From: a virus
Taxonomy: Duplodnaviria > Caudoviricetes
Strand: one strand, 5' to 3'
Virus record (IMG/VR): IMGVR_UViG_2791354756_000002
Span: 288-64,287 of that record
DNA length: 64,000 nt
Shown here: in pieces, positions 25,800 to 36,400 of the stretch
Layout of the letters: each line of letters starts with the position of its first letter
Numbering within the stretch: position 1 is the stretch's first letter
Translations under genes and position numbers: made by a program
The notes under the pieces: model-generated
Told to the model about the DNA's origin: nothing
Seen by the model: only the letters and a program-made list of their open reading frames with translations
Database searches by the model: none

Positions 25800-26656
25800 A
25801 CACGCTTACCTCTGCACAGATGCCAGAAATCACACCATATCGATGAGCACCACCAGTTACCAGGCTGTGTAGGAATGAAGATACCCGTGGTGATCAGCTC
25901 CGCGCAACGCTGAACAAGATCCTCAAGGTATTCTTTCTGGTTGTTATCAAAGGTATGGCCAAGAATGTGAAGACTGCTGCCTGCAGTGAACTCGTATGTC
26001 CCTGTGCTGCCCTTGTCCTTATCCGCATACTGACTGTTCATAATGACTTTCTTTCCGGAAGCTGGCTTCACGATATTCTGAATCTGAACATCACTTATTC
26101 CGGTAAGATAGGTGTACAGCATGAACTGGAGAGAGTTCTGCAGCCTGGACATCTGCCACGCTCTGCCCGAGATCTTGTAGTCTACCAGGCCCTTGCCGTC
26201 ATCAACAACACGCACAAGGTCAAGGTATGCCTTCATGGGCACCTGGCACTCCATGGTAAAGTCGATTTCCTGCTCAACACCCAGCGGCGTTATTGTGGAG
26301 CCAACACAGTCCACATAGTTCTCGACGATATTCGGAACAACCTCCTCGATCTCGTCCCTCTCTTCCGGCTTGATGTCCGTCTCCTTCTCCTCAAACCATG
26401 TGGGCATTACATCGTCCATGGTCAACTCAACCATCTGCTTGCCGGTAAGACGCTCTTCGTTCTTGTGTTCCAGGACATCATTGTAATACGTCTCGAATGC
26501 CGCATGTGTGATGGAGCCCATAGCCAACATCTTGTTCTGCGGTTTGGTACGGTTCTCTATATACTTGAACTCGTACATCTTCGGGCACTTCAGCAAGGTA
26601 TCAATGGCGCTGGCAGACAGATACCCCTTTGGAAGTTCGTATATGCCTACCTCCAT
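25796..26656 (-). CDS. PD-(D/E)XK exonuclease (RecB/Cas4-like), second copy
   Basis: LSASAIDTLLKCP, AYLDLV, VDYKIS, WCSSIWCDFWHLCRG. Confidence 0.85.
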   Translation of the reverse strand: MEVGIYELPKGYLSASAIDTLLKCPKMYEFKYIENRTKPQNKMLAMGSITHAAFETYYNDVLEHKNEERLTGKQMVELTMDDVMPTWFEEKETDIKPEERDEIEEVVPNIVENYVDCVGSTITPLGVEQEIDFTMECQVPMKAYLDLVRVVDDGKGLVDYKISGRAWQMSRLQNSLQFMLYTYLTGISDVQIQNIVKPASGKKVIMNSQYADKDKGSTGTYEFTAGSSLHILGHTFDNNQKEYLEDLVQRCAELITTGIFIPTQPGNWWCSSIWCDFWHLCRGKRV

Positions 26657-27024
26657 TAAAAACCTCCCTCCTCCTCTATGCCATATTCATCTTTGTAAAC
26701 CCTGTTGCGCAGCATTGCGTTCAGAGGAGTGTTGCCGATATCCATAAAGTCCAGACCCTTGTCCGTAATTTCATAGGTAGCCCAGAACTTTCCGTACCCG
26801 TTGTTCTTATACTTGCCGCGCAGGTACTGGTTACGCATGAGCCAACCGACAAGCGCAAGCAGCGTATTGACCCATTCTGTCCACACTTCCTGCGAACCTG
26901 CTTTCCTGTCAAAAATGTACTTGATATCCGCCTCGTTGACAGAGCAAGGTGTGGGGAAAGCGTCCCGTGCCTTGTTTAACAGGTAGTTGATTGCGTTGTC
27001 GAGGTCCCTAATCTCCATTTCCAT
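26656..27024 (-). CDS. Hypothetical protein
   Basis: Tightly coupled in the operon. Confidence 0.6.
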   Translation of the reverse strand: MEMEIRDLDNAINYLLNKARDAFPTPCSVNEADIKYIFDRKAGSQEVWTEWVNTLLALVGWLMRNQYLRGKYKNNGYGKFWATYEITDKGLDFMDIGNTPLNAMLRNRVYKDEYGIEEEGGF

Positions 27025-27448
27025 TGTCTATCTCCTTGTAGATATCCCGTATTTTCTTGTCCCAGCTCTCATGTGTGTTATCAGACGCTACTGCCACCTC
27101 ACCACCACTAAACGAGACATAAACCTGCTTCTCCATCCACTCCCAGAACGCTATCTGTGTTTTTCGTGATGGTCGCTCTCTTGTGTATATGTACTTCTCC
27201 GCAAATACTCCGTCCCTTGCTACCTCATATACATCGCTAAGATCCGCGTATGGGTAATTTGCTATCCATACCGCAAACACCTTGTCTCCCACCTGCACAA
27301 ACGCATGGGCTGGGCATCCATACAAGCTATCACCTATGGCAACAAGTTTTCCTTCATTTATAATATACTTTATGAACTTGTCCGCTCTGTCTGAATATGA
27401 GTACAGTTTAAGATTAAACCATATGTACGCCTTGGTTGAAAATTTCAT
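27008..27448 (-). CDS. Hypothetical protein
   Basis: SD GGAG; overlaps its neighbours. Confidence 0.6.
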   Translation of the reverse strand: MKFSTKAYIWFNLKLYSYSDRADKFIKYIINEGKLVAIGDSLYGCPAHAFVQVGDKVFAVWIANYPYADLSDVYEVARDGVFAEKYIYTRERPSRKTQIAFWEWMEKQVYVSFSGGEVAVASDNTHESWDKKIRDIYKEIDNGNGD

Positions 27449-27636
27449 ATTCCCTTCTCCTCCTTAGCGTCTCTTGTGTTTCCATAAGTAACAGCTCTCC
27501 AACCTGCCTGCGTGCACGCATCAATAACTGTGTCTTCAAGATGCTCAGCATTTTCGTATAAGTAATCTCCCGTATCCGAGTAAACGCTGTCATCTATTAT
27601 TGTTGTGATTGTAACGATAACTCTTATCTTTTTCAT
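27445..27636 (-). CDS. Hypothetical protein
   Basis: Fills the operon gap; SD AGGT. Confidence 0.55.
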   Translation of the reverse strand: MKKIRVIVTITTIIDDSVYSDTGDYLYENAEHLEDTVIDACTQAGWRAVTYGNTRDAKEEKGI

Positions 27637-27643
27637 CTGATAC

Positions 27644-29845
27644 CTAATCCTCCAGAAGTTTTAGCCCAAGAGTTTTCTTTTCCTGTGCTGCCTGCAACTC
27701 ATTGCAATATATACAGCCCTTTGCATATTGCCTGATGCCCTTCTCCCTGCATTCAGCATAGTTTGCGGCACACATGATGCACCTGGTGTCCTTTTGCATA
27801 AACGCGTGCACATCATCCTTGTGCTGCAGCAGCGTAACTATCGCTTCCTCAACACTGCCACGGCATACGTAGTCCCTCACCACCAGCTTCCTGGTCTGCC
27901 CTATGCGCATGTTTCTATCCATGCTCTGCAGCCTTGGCTCAAGAGCCGTACCATGCGAGTAGTAAATCATGGTGGTAGCGGAGTTGAGTGTGATTCCGAT
28001 ACCCTGCATGGTCTGACCAAGAAACACTCGTATATTGTCATCAGCCTCGAATCGCTGAGCGCATTTCGATTCGTCAGCCGTTATGTATCTGATTTTCAGC
28101 TTCTTCAGCAGTTTCTCTATCTCCGCGAGGTCATACTGATACCACGCCCAGACTATTACCTTCTCGAAAGGAGTGATGTCCTTCAGGTCATTTTCCAGCA
28201 TGGCCAGCTTTGGGTTCTCGGACAGAGGAAGATCTATGTCGATCTCGCTCTCCCTGAACTCGTTGTGTCTGGGACATTTGGGGCTCGAAGGTATGACGCC
28301 CTTGTCCATACACTTCTCGATCTGCTCATCTCCGCACTCGCCACAATGCTCTGTGCCAGGCGTGATATGAACAAATCCGGATAGCACCTGCAGGCATTTT
28401 TGAATCTTCTGAATGTCCATACCGCAGAACAATCTACGGTTGCCAATCTTGACGTAATCCTCTGCGGTGATGATACCGTTGTACAAATCGCGAACCTTAT
28501 CACCTATCGGATAGTAGCATGTGACTATAGTTCTATCCGGCATGTCAAAACACTCATCACGTTTGTAGCTGATTATGAACGGCTCTATACGTGCCTTGAT
28601 ATCGTCAACGTTCTTGTAGCCAGTGATGATATTCGCATTGTAGCTGCTGGTGATACAATACCTGTTTCTGAATTGCCACCAGTTCATGCTGAATATAGAT
28701 GTATCCAGTATACGCATGGGCATATACATATCTGTCGGTCTTCCCACGCATAGTGTTCCCGACAGCAGGTACACACGATGACTCTTCAAGCCCTCCATCG
28801 CTTTCGCCGTGTGTGAAGCATGATTTATCAGTCTGCTGGCCTCATCGAATATCGTCACCGACAAGTCTAGGCTGTTGAAAAACTCCTCCGCCCTGTCAGC
28901 CTTTATTATCTGTGATATCAATGAATTATAGAGTTTTATCTCCTTGGCTATCTCCGGGAAGGCAGCCACCATCGCCCGCTCTACCTCCTTTTTAGGATCG
29001 ATGTCCCTGAACAGCTTGCCGCAGGCATTGAGCCAGGTATTGCGCCTGGTTTTCGCAAGCTTCGAGCTGTCTGTCAGAAGTGTTTCCCTGGCTTTGGCAT
29101 CGTCGGCGAACAGCGCATTTACCAGCTTCTCGCGAACATCCGCAGGGACCATTTCCCAGGCAAGCCCCTTGTAGATAAGCTTGCTCTTGTTGTCCGGGTC
29201 CCTAAGCATGTCATATGTGGTTAGTATTATGTCCCAATTTTCGCCGCAATTATCGCCGCAATTATCGCGGTATTTATTGGAACTTTCACCGCATTTTATG
29301 CGGCGCTGCACCTCAAGCCTTGCCTGTAGGTCGCCCTTGTAGGGAATAATCTTAAGCTCCGGCGTAAACTTCTCGGCCTCGGCAAGCCATGTGTCGAACA
29401 CAATGGCGGGGCACATAACCAGCGCCCTGAGATATCCATCCCTTTTCTTGAACATTCTCAGGGACATAAGAGATATGTACGTTTTTCCCAGTCCCTGCTC
29501 CAACAACAGTGCCAGCCGGTCGCTCTTCTGCATGGCCTCCACGGCCTTCATCTGATGCTCGAACGGCTTGCCGGCAAACAGATCCATGTACTCCTGAACG
29601 TAATTTTTCTCCTGCTCCTCCTTTATTGCGGCGATACGCTTTTTGGCTTCAGGAGTGGCTTTCGCATCTCCCCTGAATAACTCTTTGAACAACTTGATAT
29701 TGCGATAGTTTTTTGGAGACACATCCCCAAACACATATCGTCGGCCACCTCTTAAATCGACTGTGGCGCCTGCCATTCCGATCAGGTCTTTATCGTACCT
29801 GAACCAGAATGATTTGGCAATAGAATCATACTCCAATACAGGCAT
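27644..29845 (-). CDS. SNF2-family helicase
   Basis: LEQGLGKT, FDEAS, LSGT, QSMDRNMRIGQ; Cys-rich inserts. Confidence 0.9.
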   Translation of the reverse strand: MPVLEYDSIAKSFWFRYDKDLIGMAGATVDLRGGRRYVFGDVSPKNYRNIKLFKELFRGDAKATPEAKKRIAAIKEEQEKNYVQEYMDLFAGKPFEHQMKAVEAMQKSDRLALLLEQGLGKTYISLMSLRMFKKRDGYLRALVMCPAIVFDTWLAEAEKFTPELKIIPYKGDLQARLEVQRRIKCGESSNKYRDNCGDNCGENWDIILTTYDMLRDPDNKSKLIYKGLAWEMVPADVREKLVNALFADDAKARETLLTDSSKLAKTRRNTWLNACGKLFRDIDPKKEVERAMVAAFPEIAKEIKLYNSLISQIIKADRAEEFFNSLDLSVTIFDEASRLINHASHTAKAMEGLKSHRVYLLSGTLCVGRPTDMYMPMRILDTSIFSMNWWQFRNRYCITSSYNANIITGYKNVDDIKARIEPFIISYKRDECFDMPDRTIVTCYYPIGDKVRDLYNGIITAEDYVKIGNRRLFCGMDIQKIQKCLQVLSGFVHITPGTEHCGECGDEQIEKCMDKGVIPSSPKCPRHNEFRESEIDIDLPLSENPKLAMLENDLKDITPFEKVIVWAWYQYDLAEIEKLLKKLKIRYITADESKCAQRFEADDNIRVFLGQTMQGIGITLNSATTMIYYSHGTALEPRLQSMDRNMRIGQTRKLVVRDYVCRGSVEEAIVTLLQHKDDVHAFMQKDTRCIMCAANYAECREKGIRQYAKGCIYCNELQAAQEKKTLGLKLLED

Positions 29846-29878
29846 ATATAAAACCTCCTTCAGGTTTTACTTGTATAT

Positions 29879-29888
29879 ACTTATAACA
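29879..29888 (-). promoter_or_regulatory. Phage promoter motif
   Basis: ATATACTTATAACAAAAAAC on +, upstream of SNF2. Confidence 0.6.
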
Positions 29889-29975
29889 AAAAACACCCCT
29901 TAATATTTACTGCCTATTTATTTTACAACATAATTTATGTAGTATACTCAGAGCATTCGAAGGAATAAAAGCGTT

Positions 29976-31709
29976 ATGGCAAATGAGACTCCAATCATAT
30001 CACCCGTTCTTGGTCGGACAGTCTATCCTAATAACAAATACTCACGTTTATACGGCAATCCTCACTTTGACTACCTGTCGGAGATGCTGCCGAAGAATAT
30101 CAAGGATCTCTTCCGGTGGTGTGAAGTGGTCTACAACTCCATGCCTACGGTAGCAAACGCCATACGCAAGCTTGTCCACTACCCCATCACAGATTTCTCG
30201 TTTGAGGACCAGCCAGAGAAGATGCGGGACAAGACCAAAAAGCTTCTCGATGATATCCACATGAAGTCCATCCTCATGGACTTCAATACTGACTTCTATA
30301 TTTACGGCAATGTCTTCCGCACAGTATACATGCCGTTCAAACGCTTTATACAATGTTCACACTGCAATGAGCGTACTGCTATCGACAACTCGACTTTCCG
30401 GGTTCGCCGTCAGAAAATAGAGGTAAAGTGTAAAAACTGTGGCTGGCAACTTGCCAAACTGCACGATGAGGAGCTCAATGACCCCAGCAAGATCGTTATC
30501 GTGAGGTGGGATCCCAAGAGCATCAATCTTGTGCAGAACCCCATCACCGGCACTACAGAGTACTACTACCAGATGCCGGAAGAACTGACAAAACGCATAC
30601 AGCAAGGCGACAAGACGATCTTCCGGGACACACCTCAGATTTTCATCGAAGGCGCCCTCAAGGACAAGAACATCAAGTTCGGTCCCAACTTCTATCACGC
30701 CAAAATGCCCAGCTTGTCTGGTTATCAGTCAGGATGGGGAATTTCCCAGCTGATGTCCACCCTGCGCATCTATATGTACATAGCTGTGCTTCGAAGGGCT
30801 TCAGAGGCCATTGGTATGGAACACATCACTCCGCAGCGCATTTTGTTCCCGCAATCGTCCGGCACAAGTGACCCTGCTGTGGGCACGTCACTCAAGAGGT
30901 GGCGAGAAGAGGTCAACAAGGCGCTGGAAAGATGGCGTTTTGATCCGAACTACGTGATGACAGCACCCTATCCTACCGGGCTCGTCAATATTGGCTCACA
31001 GGGACGCCAGCTCTCTCCCATCGAGGAAATCAAGGACGCCCGCGTTGAAATGACAATGGCGCTGGACATCCCGCCAGCACTGCTCACCTGTGACGCCAGC
31101 ATTCAGGCAAGCGCTATTGGACTGAGAATTCTTGAGAACCAGCTTACCCCACACGTTCGGGAAATGGAACGCTTCATGCGCTGGGTCATTGACGCCATCA
31201 ACGCGCATACCGGTATGGAGTATACCTATCCTTCCCTCGTACCGTTCAAGCTTGCCGATGACATAATGAACAAGCAGATGCTCATGCAGCTCGCCGCCAA
31301 CGGTACAGTTTCCCGCACAACCATCCTTGAGAGCCTCAACATCGATCCCGCCAGGGAAAAGGAGCTGCTCAAGTCCGACACCGTTTCCGACCAGATTATG
31401 CAACAGGAAGTACAGGAAGAGGTCAACAAGCAGCTCAACAGCCTGTCCAACCAGGTCAAATCGCAGGTTGAGGAATCGCAGACGGGTATGCCGAGTCAGT
31501 ACAATCAGCAGAAGATGATTGCTCAGGCCCAGCAGATAGCCAACCAGATGCTGTCTGTTCCGTATGAACAAAGGAAATCTCAGCTGTCACAGCTGCAGAA
31601 CGAGGACTACGTTATGTGGGCACTGGTATCCAAACAACTTGAGCAGATGCGAACAATGCAGGCAGCCCAGATGGCGCAGACTGCCCAGACACAATCGGTA
31701 CAGGGGTAA
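29976..31709 (+). CDS. Portal protein with zinc-ribbon insertion
   Basis: YIYGNVF, FYHAK...GWGISQL portal-type motifs; CSHC...CKNC insert; Gln-rich tail; terL is in the window. Confidence 0.7.
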   Translation: MANETPIISPVLGRTVYPNNKYSRLYGNPHFDYLSEMLPKNIKDLFRWCEVVYNSMPTVANAIRKLVHYPITDFSFEDQPEKMRDKTKKLLDDIHMKSILMDFNTDFYIYGNVFRTVYMPFKRFIQCSHCNERTAIDNSTFRVRRQKIEVKCKNCGWQLAKLHDEELNDPSKIVIVRWDPKSINLVQNPITGTTEYYYQMPEELTKRIQQGDKTIFRDTPQIFIEGALKDKNIKFGPNFYHAKMPSLSGYQSGWGISQLMSTLRIYMYIAVLRRASEAIGMEHITPQRILFPQSSGTSDPAVGTSLKRWREEVNKALERWRFDPNYVMTAPYPTGLVNIGSQGRQLSPIEEIKDARVEMTMALDIPPALLTCDASIQASAIGLRILENQLTPHVREMERFMRWVIDAINAHTGMEYTYPSLVPFKLADDIMNKQMLMQLAANGTVSRTTILESLNIDPAREKELLKSDTVSDQIMQQEVQEEVNKQLNSLSNQVKSQVEESQTGMPSQYNQQKMIAQAQQIANQMLSVPYEQRKSQLSQLQNEDYVMWALVSKQLEQMRTMQAAQMAQTAQTQSVQG

Positions 31710-31712
31710 TGT

Positions 31713-33089
31713 ATGCCAGATGCCCTTAAGGACTACCAACAACGAGTTATTGATAAACTGTACGGGAAGAAGAGTCCACGTGGTGTTATCGCCTATCACT
31801 CTACGGGTTCTGGCAAGACCTACACAGCACTGTCAGCTCTAAGCAAGGCTCTGCAAAATAAGGATGACCGAGCCCTATGGATTGCTCCGGCCTCACTCAC
31901 CACGAACTTCGAAAAGGAGCGCGTGAAGCATGGCCTGCAATATCCGGGCAAGGTCGATGTCTACAGCTACGAGAAGGCCCGTAACCTCGCAGACAAGCTC
32001 AAAGACACTAGGTACAAGCTGATAGTTCTTGATGAGGCACACAAACTGAGAAACAGCGGCACATCACTCACTTCTCGTCTAAAACCTGTTCTTGACAACT
32101 CAGATAAGGTTCTCATGCTTACCGGGACTGCCGGATACAACCACCCATCGGACATGATGAGCCTCATATCACTGATGGACAGTGATGCAAAAGTTCCCCG
32201 TGACCGTAAAGAGTTTATCAGCAACTATGTTGACGATGACAAGTGGAAAATCAAAAATCGTCCCAGATTGAAGAATATTCTCGACAGATACATTGATGTG
32301 TACGAGACTCCCAAGGACAGCGCTGACTTTCCTCGTATATACCGCAAGGTTATAGACACAGAAATGTCTCCTCACCAGGTAGAGTTGTACAGGTATCTTG
32401 AAAACAAAATACCTTCGCCGCTACGCAAAAAGGTTCGCAACAATCTGCCCATGAGCCTACGGGAAGCCACCAATCTCAATGCCTTCTCGACTGGCATCCG
32501 CCAGGCTTCCAACTCCATATCTCACCATCAGGTCAATGCTGACCCGTTCGACAGCGAAAAACTTAGAGTTGCTGCTGACCGCATGGCCAGAGCCGCCAAT
32601 AAGACAGACAACTTCAGAGGTGTTGCATACTCAAACTTCCTTGATGCTGGCATTCTTCCCTACGAGAAGATACTGCAGAAACACGGACTGAAACCTATTG
32701 TATTTACTGGTGGGCTAGATGCAGAGCAGAAAAAGAAACTCGTTGCTGATTACAACACCCCTGGTGGGAAGAAAATTCTGTTGTTGTCCTCATCTGGTAG
32801 TGAAGGACTTGACCTCAAAGGGACAAGGCTTCTGCAGATACTGGAGCCACATTTTAATAGATCCAAGATACAGCAGGTTGAGGGGCGCGGAGCCCGATAC
32901 CATTCACATATAGACCTGCCTGAAGATCAACGAAATATCACCATCGAAGAATATCACTCCAAGCTTCCGCCCAGGATGTGGCAAAAGCTTCTCAATACAA
33001 GAGATACTTCGATAGACGAATACCTTGCCGCAATCTCTAATATGAAACAGCAACTTACAGATGATATGAGGGGCTTGGCTAAAAAATGA
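31713..33089 (+). CDS. SF2 helicase of the poxvirus D6/D11 (VETF/NPH-I)-like type
   Basis: YHSTGSGKT, LDEAH, LTGT, SSSGSEGLDLKG...ILEPHFN...QVEGRGARYHSH. Confidence 0.8.
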   Translation: MPDALKDYQQRVIDKLYGKKSPRGVIAYHSTGSGKTYTALSALSKALQNKDDRALWIAPASLTTNFEKERVKHGLQYPGKVDVYSYEKARNLADKLKDTRYKLIVLDEAHKLRNSGTSLTSRLKPVLDNSDKVLMLTGTAGYNHPSDMMSLISLMDSDAKVPRDRKEFISNYVDDDKWKIKNRPRLKNILDRYIDVYETPKDSADFPRIYRKVIDTEMSPHQVELYRYLENKIPSPLRKKVRNNLPMSLREATNLNAFSTGIRQASNSISHHQVNADPFDSEKLRVAADRMARAANKTDNFRGVAYSNFLDAGILPYEKILQKHGLKPIVFTGGLDAEQKKKLVADYNTPGGKKILLLSSSGSEGLDLKGTRLLQILEPHFNRSKIQQVEGRGARYHSHIDLPEDQRNITIEEYHSKLPPRMWQKLLNTRDTSIDEYLAAISNMKQQLTDDMRGLAKK

Positions 33090-33406
33090 GCGATGTAGCT
33101 ACAGTAACAGACGACAAGCTTGAGGGATTTGGTAATCCCTTCTCTTCCAGATATACGGAAGCACCATTCCCGAAGGATACAGTTATCAAGATGTACACTG
33201 GAAATCTGTCCGACCCAGGCGATTGCGCTATAGCCGAGTACATACTCACGAAATCCCTGCGCTGTGGTGGATACCTGAACAAACCAGGAGACATAGCTGT
33301 ATTCGAGCGCACAGGCACATTCGACAAGATGGGCGACTACCACATCTACCTGTACTACGCCATGCTGCCTGAGCAAGAGAAAAAGGCTGAAAGTAATGCC
33401 CAATAA
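33086..33406 (+). CDS. Hypothetical protein
   Basis: Coupled between the helicase and RNAP. Confidence 0.7.
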   Translation: MSDVATVTDDKLEGFGNPFSSRYTEAPFPKDTVIKMYTGNLSDPGDCAIAEYILTKSLRCGGYLNKPGDIAVFERTGTFDKMGDYHIYLYYAMLPEQEKKAESNAQ

Positions 33407-36400
33407 TGTCTCTATTCGCAAGATAGTTGCCTACCCATACGAGATCCGCAATGCCATCCACGAAAAGGTAGCAGCGGCCATCAAGAGCAAGTTTCCTGTA
33501 GAGGGTGAGCGGTATACAGCTGATGTTTCCAATGTAGAGGCTGTCTTCGGTGAAATCTCCCACGACCAGCAGAAGAAGGTTGTGCTGACCAAGGGCAACA
33601 AGAACTCTCGCATATATGGCGACCTCACCATAACCGACAAGAAGACCGGCAAGGTTGTCGCAACATTTAAGAAATACCTGCTGGCTACGCTGCCCTACTA
33701 CACATATCGCTACACGATGATGGTAGACGGCAACGAGTATTCGGTAGTCTCACAGATGCGCACAAAGTCTGGTGTCTATACCCGCAAGAGAGGCAACGAT
33801 GAACTCGAAAGCGCCTTCAACCTGGAGAAGGGAGCGAACTTCAAACTGCTCATGGACCCCAAGACAGGTATCTTCAAGATGGACATCCTCGGGTCCACAT
33901 TTCCTGTGTTCGCTTTTCTGGACATACTCGGCGCCAAGCGAGCCGATGAGGAAAACGCCATCGGGACCGAGCTTTGGCAGAGGAATCGTGAGGCAGCCAC
34001 AGAATCCCAGATAGCGAAGGCTCGCAACCTTCTCTTCAACAAGCTGGTACGCTACAAGGATACCGGGCCAGACGAGCACATCAATTCCGCCGAAAAGGAC
34101 GAAGCCATCCGTGGATATTTTGCCAACACGAAGATGGACCCGGAGACCACAAAGGTAACTCTTGGTATTCCGCAAACATCTGTCGGTGTCGTAACCATCC
34201 TGCGCGCCATGCGCAAAATCATGGATGTCTACAAAGGCGAGGCTGATGTTGACGAACGAGATCATCTGGAGTTCCAGAAAGTCTACGGTGTGGAGGATCT
34301 GCTCGCCGAAGTAATCGAGAAGTCGAAAGAGATAGGCCCGAAGATAAAGAAGGCGCTGGACACTTTCGAGCTGAAGCATCCGGAAAAGTTCAAGACGAAT
34401 TTCAACTCCAGCGTCTTTTCTCAGCCCATACGCAGCTTTTTGACCTCATCGTCCCTTTCGCGTTTACCCTCGCAAATCAACCCGATGGAGTTCATGGACT
34501 CTGCCTCGATCATCACGAGGCTTGGCGAGGGGGCTATCTCCAGTGAAAGAGCTGTGCCCTTCTCTACCCGTGGTGTTACCTACTCAAGCGCCGGCCTTAT
34601 CGACCCTATCGCAGCGCCTGAATCCTTCAAGGTTGGTATTGACGTGCACGCTACCATCAATGCCGCCAAGGGATCTGACCACGAGTTCTACAAGAAACTG
34701 CGTGACTGCAAGACAAATCAGATAGGTTACCACAGAGCTATCGATCTGTACGACAAAAGGGTTGGCTTCCCTGACCCCAAATACCTCAAGAACAAGAAGC
34801 GTGATGATATCGTCTATGCCACCTACCGTGGTGATCTGGTAAAGTGCAGACGCTCCGAGCTGGATTACCAGATAGACGATCCAGCAGATCTTACCAGCTT
34901 CACCACCAACAGCATACCCTTTATGCCCAGCAACCAGGGCAACCGTTTGTTGATGGGTGACAAGCATGTGCAGCAGGCTCTGCCCCTGGAGGATCCAGAC
35001 GTTCGTCTCGTACGTACAAAATCGGATTCATTCCGGGATGGTAGCGTGCTCAGAGAGCTTGGCTACGGCACTGTTCCCGTGGCGCCTGCCGATGGGACAG
35101 TTACCAGGGTGGACGAGGACTTTATCTATATAAAGGACACCACAGGGAAAACATGGCCGGTAGATTATGTAAAGGACATGCCGCTGGCCTCAAAGACGTT
35201 CCTCACCAATACCGTCACGGTAAAAGTTGGAGACAAGGTAACGAAGGGGCAACCTCTTGCCAATTCAAACTTCTCCAAGGATGGCTGGCTGACAACAGGC
35301 AAGAACCTGCTGGTTGCGTACATGCCCTACAAGGGCCTGAATCACGAAGACGCCATTGTGGTGAGCGAAGCTGCCGCGCAAAAGATGACCTCCATCCATG
35401 CCAGCAAGATATTCGTTCAGATTACCCGCAACATGATCCTCGGCAAGGACCACTACACTGCTGCCTTTCCTACCAACTTCACTACAGAGCAACTCGCGAA
35501 TCTGGATGCGGATGGTATCGTAAAGAAGGGCACGAAGGTACATGAGGGCGATCCGCTGGTGCTGGCCATCGAGTCCAATACGGACAGCCGTATCAACCAG
35601 ATCCTGGGCAAGCTCAACAAATCCCTTATGCACCCGTACAGGGATCTGGCGGAGAAGTACGAGGATCATTACGAGGCTGAAGTCACCGATACCTTCAAAA
35701 CGGACAAGCTCATCACTGTTGTCCTCAGAATGCGCAAACCCCTGCAGATAGGCGACAAGCTTGCCGGATCCTATGGCAACAAGGGCGTGTGCTCTGTCAT
35801 TGTGCCCACCGACAAGATGCCCAGGGATGAGGAAGGCAGGCCGCTAGATCTGGTGCTCACCTCTGCTGGCGTTATCTCGCGCATCAACCCTGCCCAGACT
35901 TTGGAATCTGCCCTTGGAAAAATAGCCCTCAAAACCGGAAAGGCATACGACATAGAGAACTACTCGATGCCTGATGCCGTCGAGTTCGTAAAGAACGAGA
36001 TGAAGAAGAACGGCGTCAAGGACAAGGAAACGCTGTTCGACCCTGAGACGGGCAAGAAGATTCCCGGTGTCTTCGTCGGCGTGCAGCACATGCAAAAGCT
36101 CTTCAAGACGACCGATACCAACTTTGCGGCTCGCGGTATTGAAGGTGGCTATGATCAGGATGAAGTTCCCACAGGCAGTGGAGCAACCGGACCGAAAGGT
36201 ATGGGCGGTATGGAAATCAATGCCCTGTTGGCCTCAAATGTACGAGCTCTGCTCCGCGAAGGAACCATGCTCCGCAGCTCGAAAAACTCCGACTTCTGGC
36301 GAGCGTTCCAGTCCGGAGCCACGCCGAACTTCCCCACCGAGAAGAAGACTTTCACCAGATTTCTGTCCATTCTGAAGCAGGCTGGCATCAACGTTGAGCG

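Noticed and set aside
22308-26656. The two Cas4-like nucleases as part of a CRISPR-Cas locus
   Set aside because: They sit in the replication operon about 17 kb from the repeats, with no cas1, cas2 or Cascade genes; they are typical phage recombination exonucleases.
8078-29947. GTATAC as a late promoter upstream of rightward genes (about 8078, 11255, 29942)
   Set aside because: A 6-bp palindrome with three occurrences at inconsistent spacing is not distinguishable from chance.
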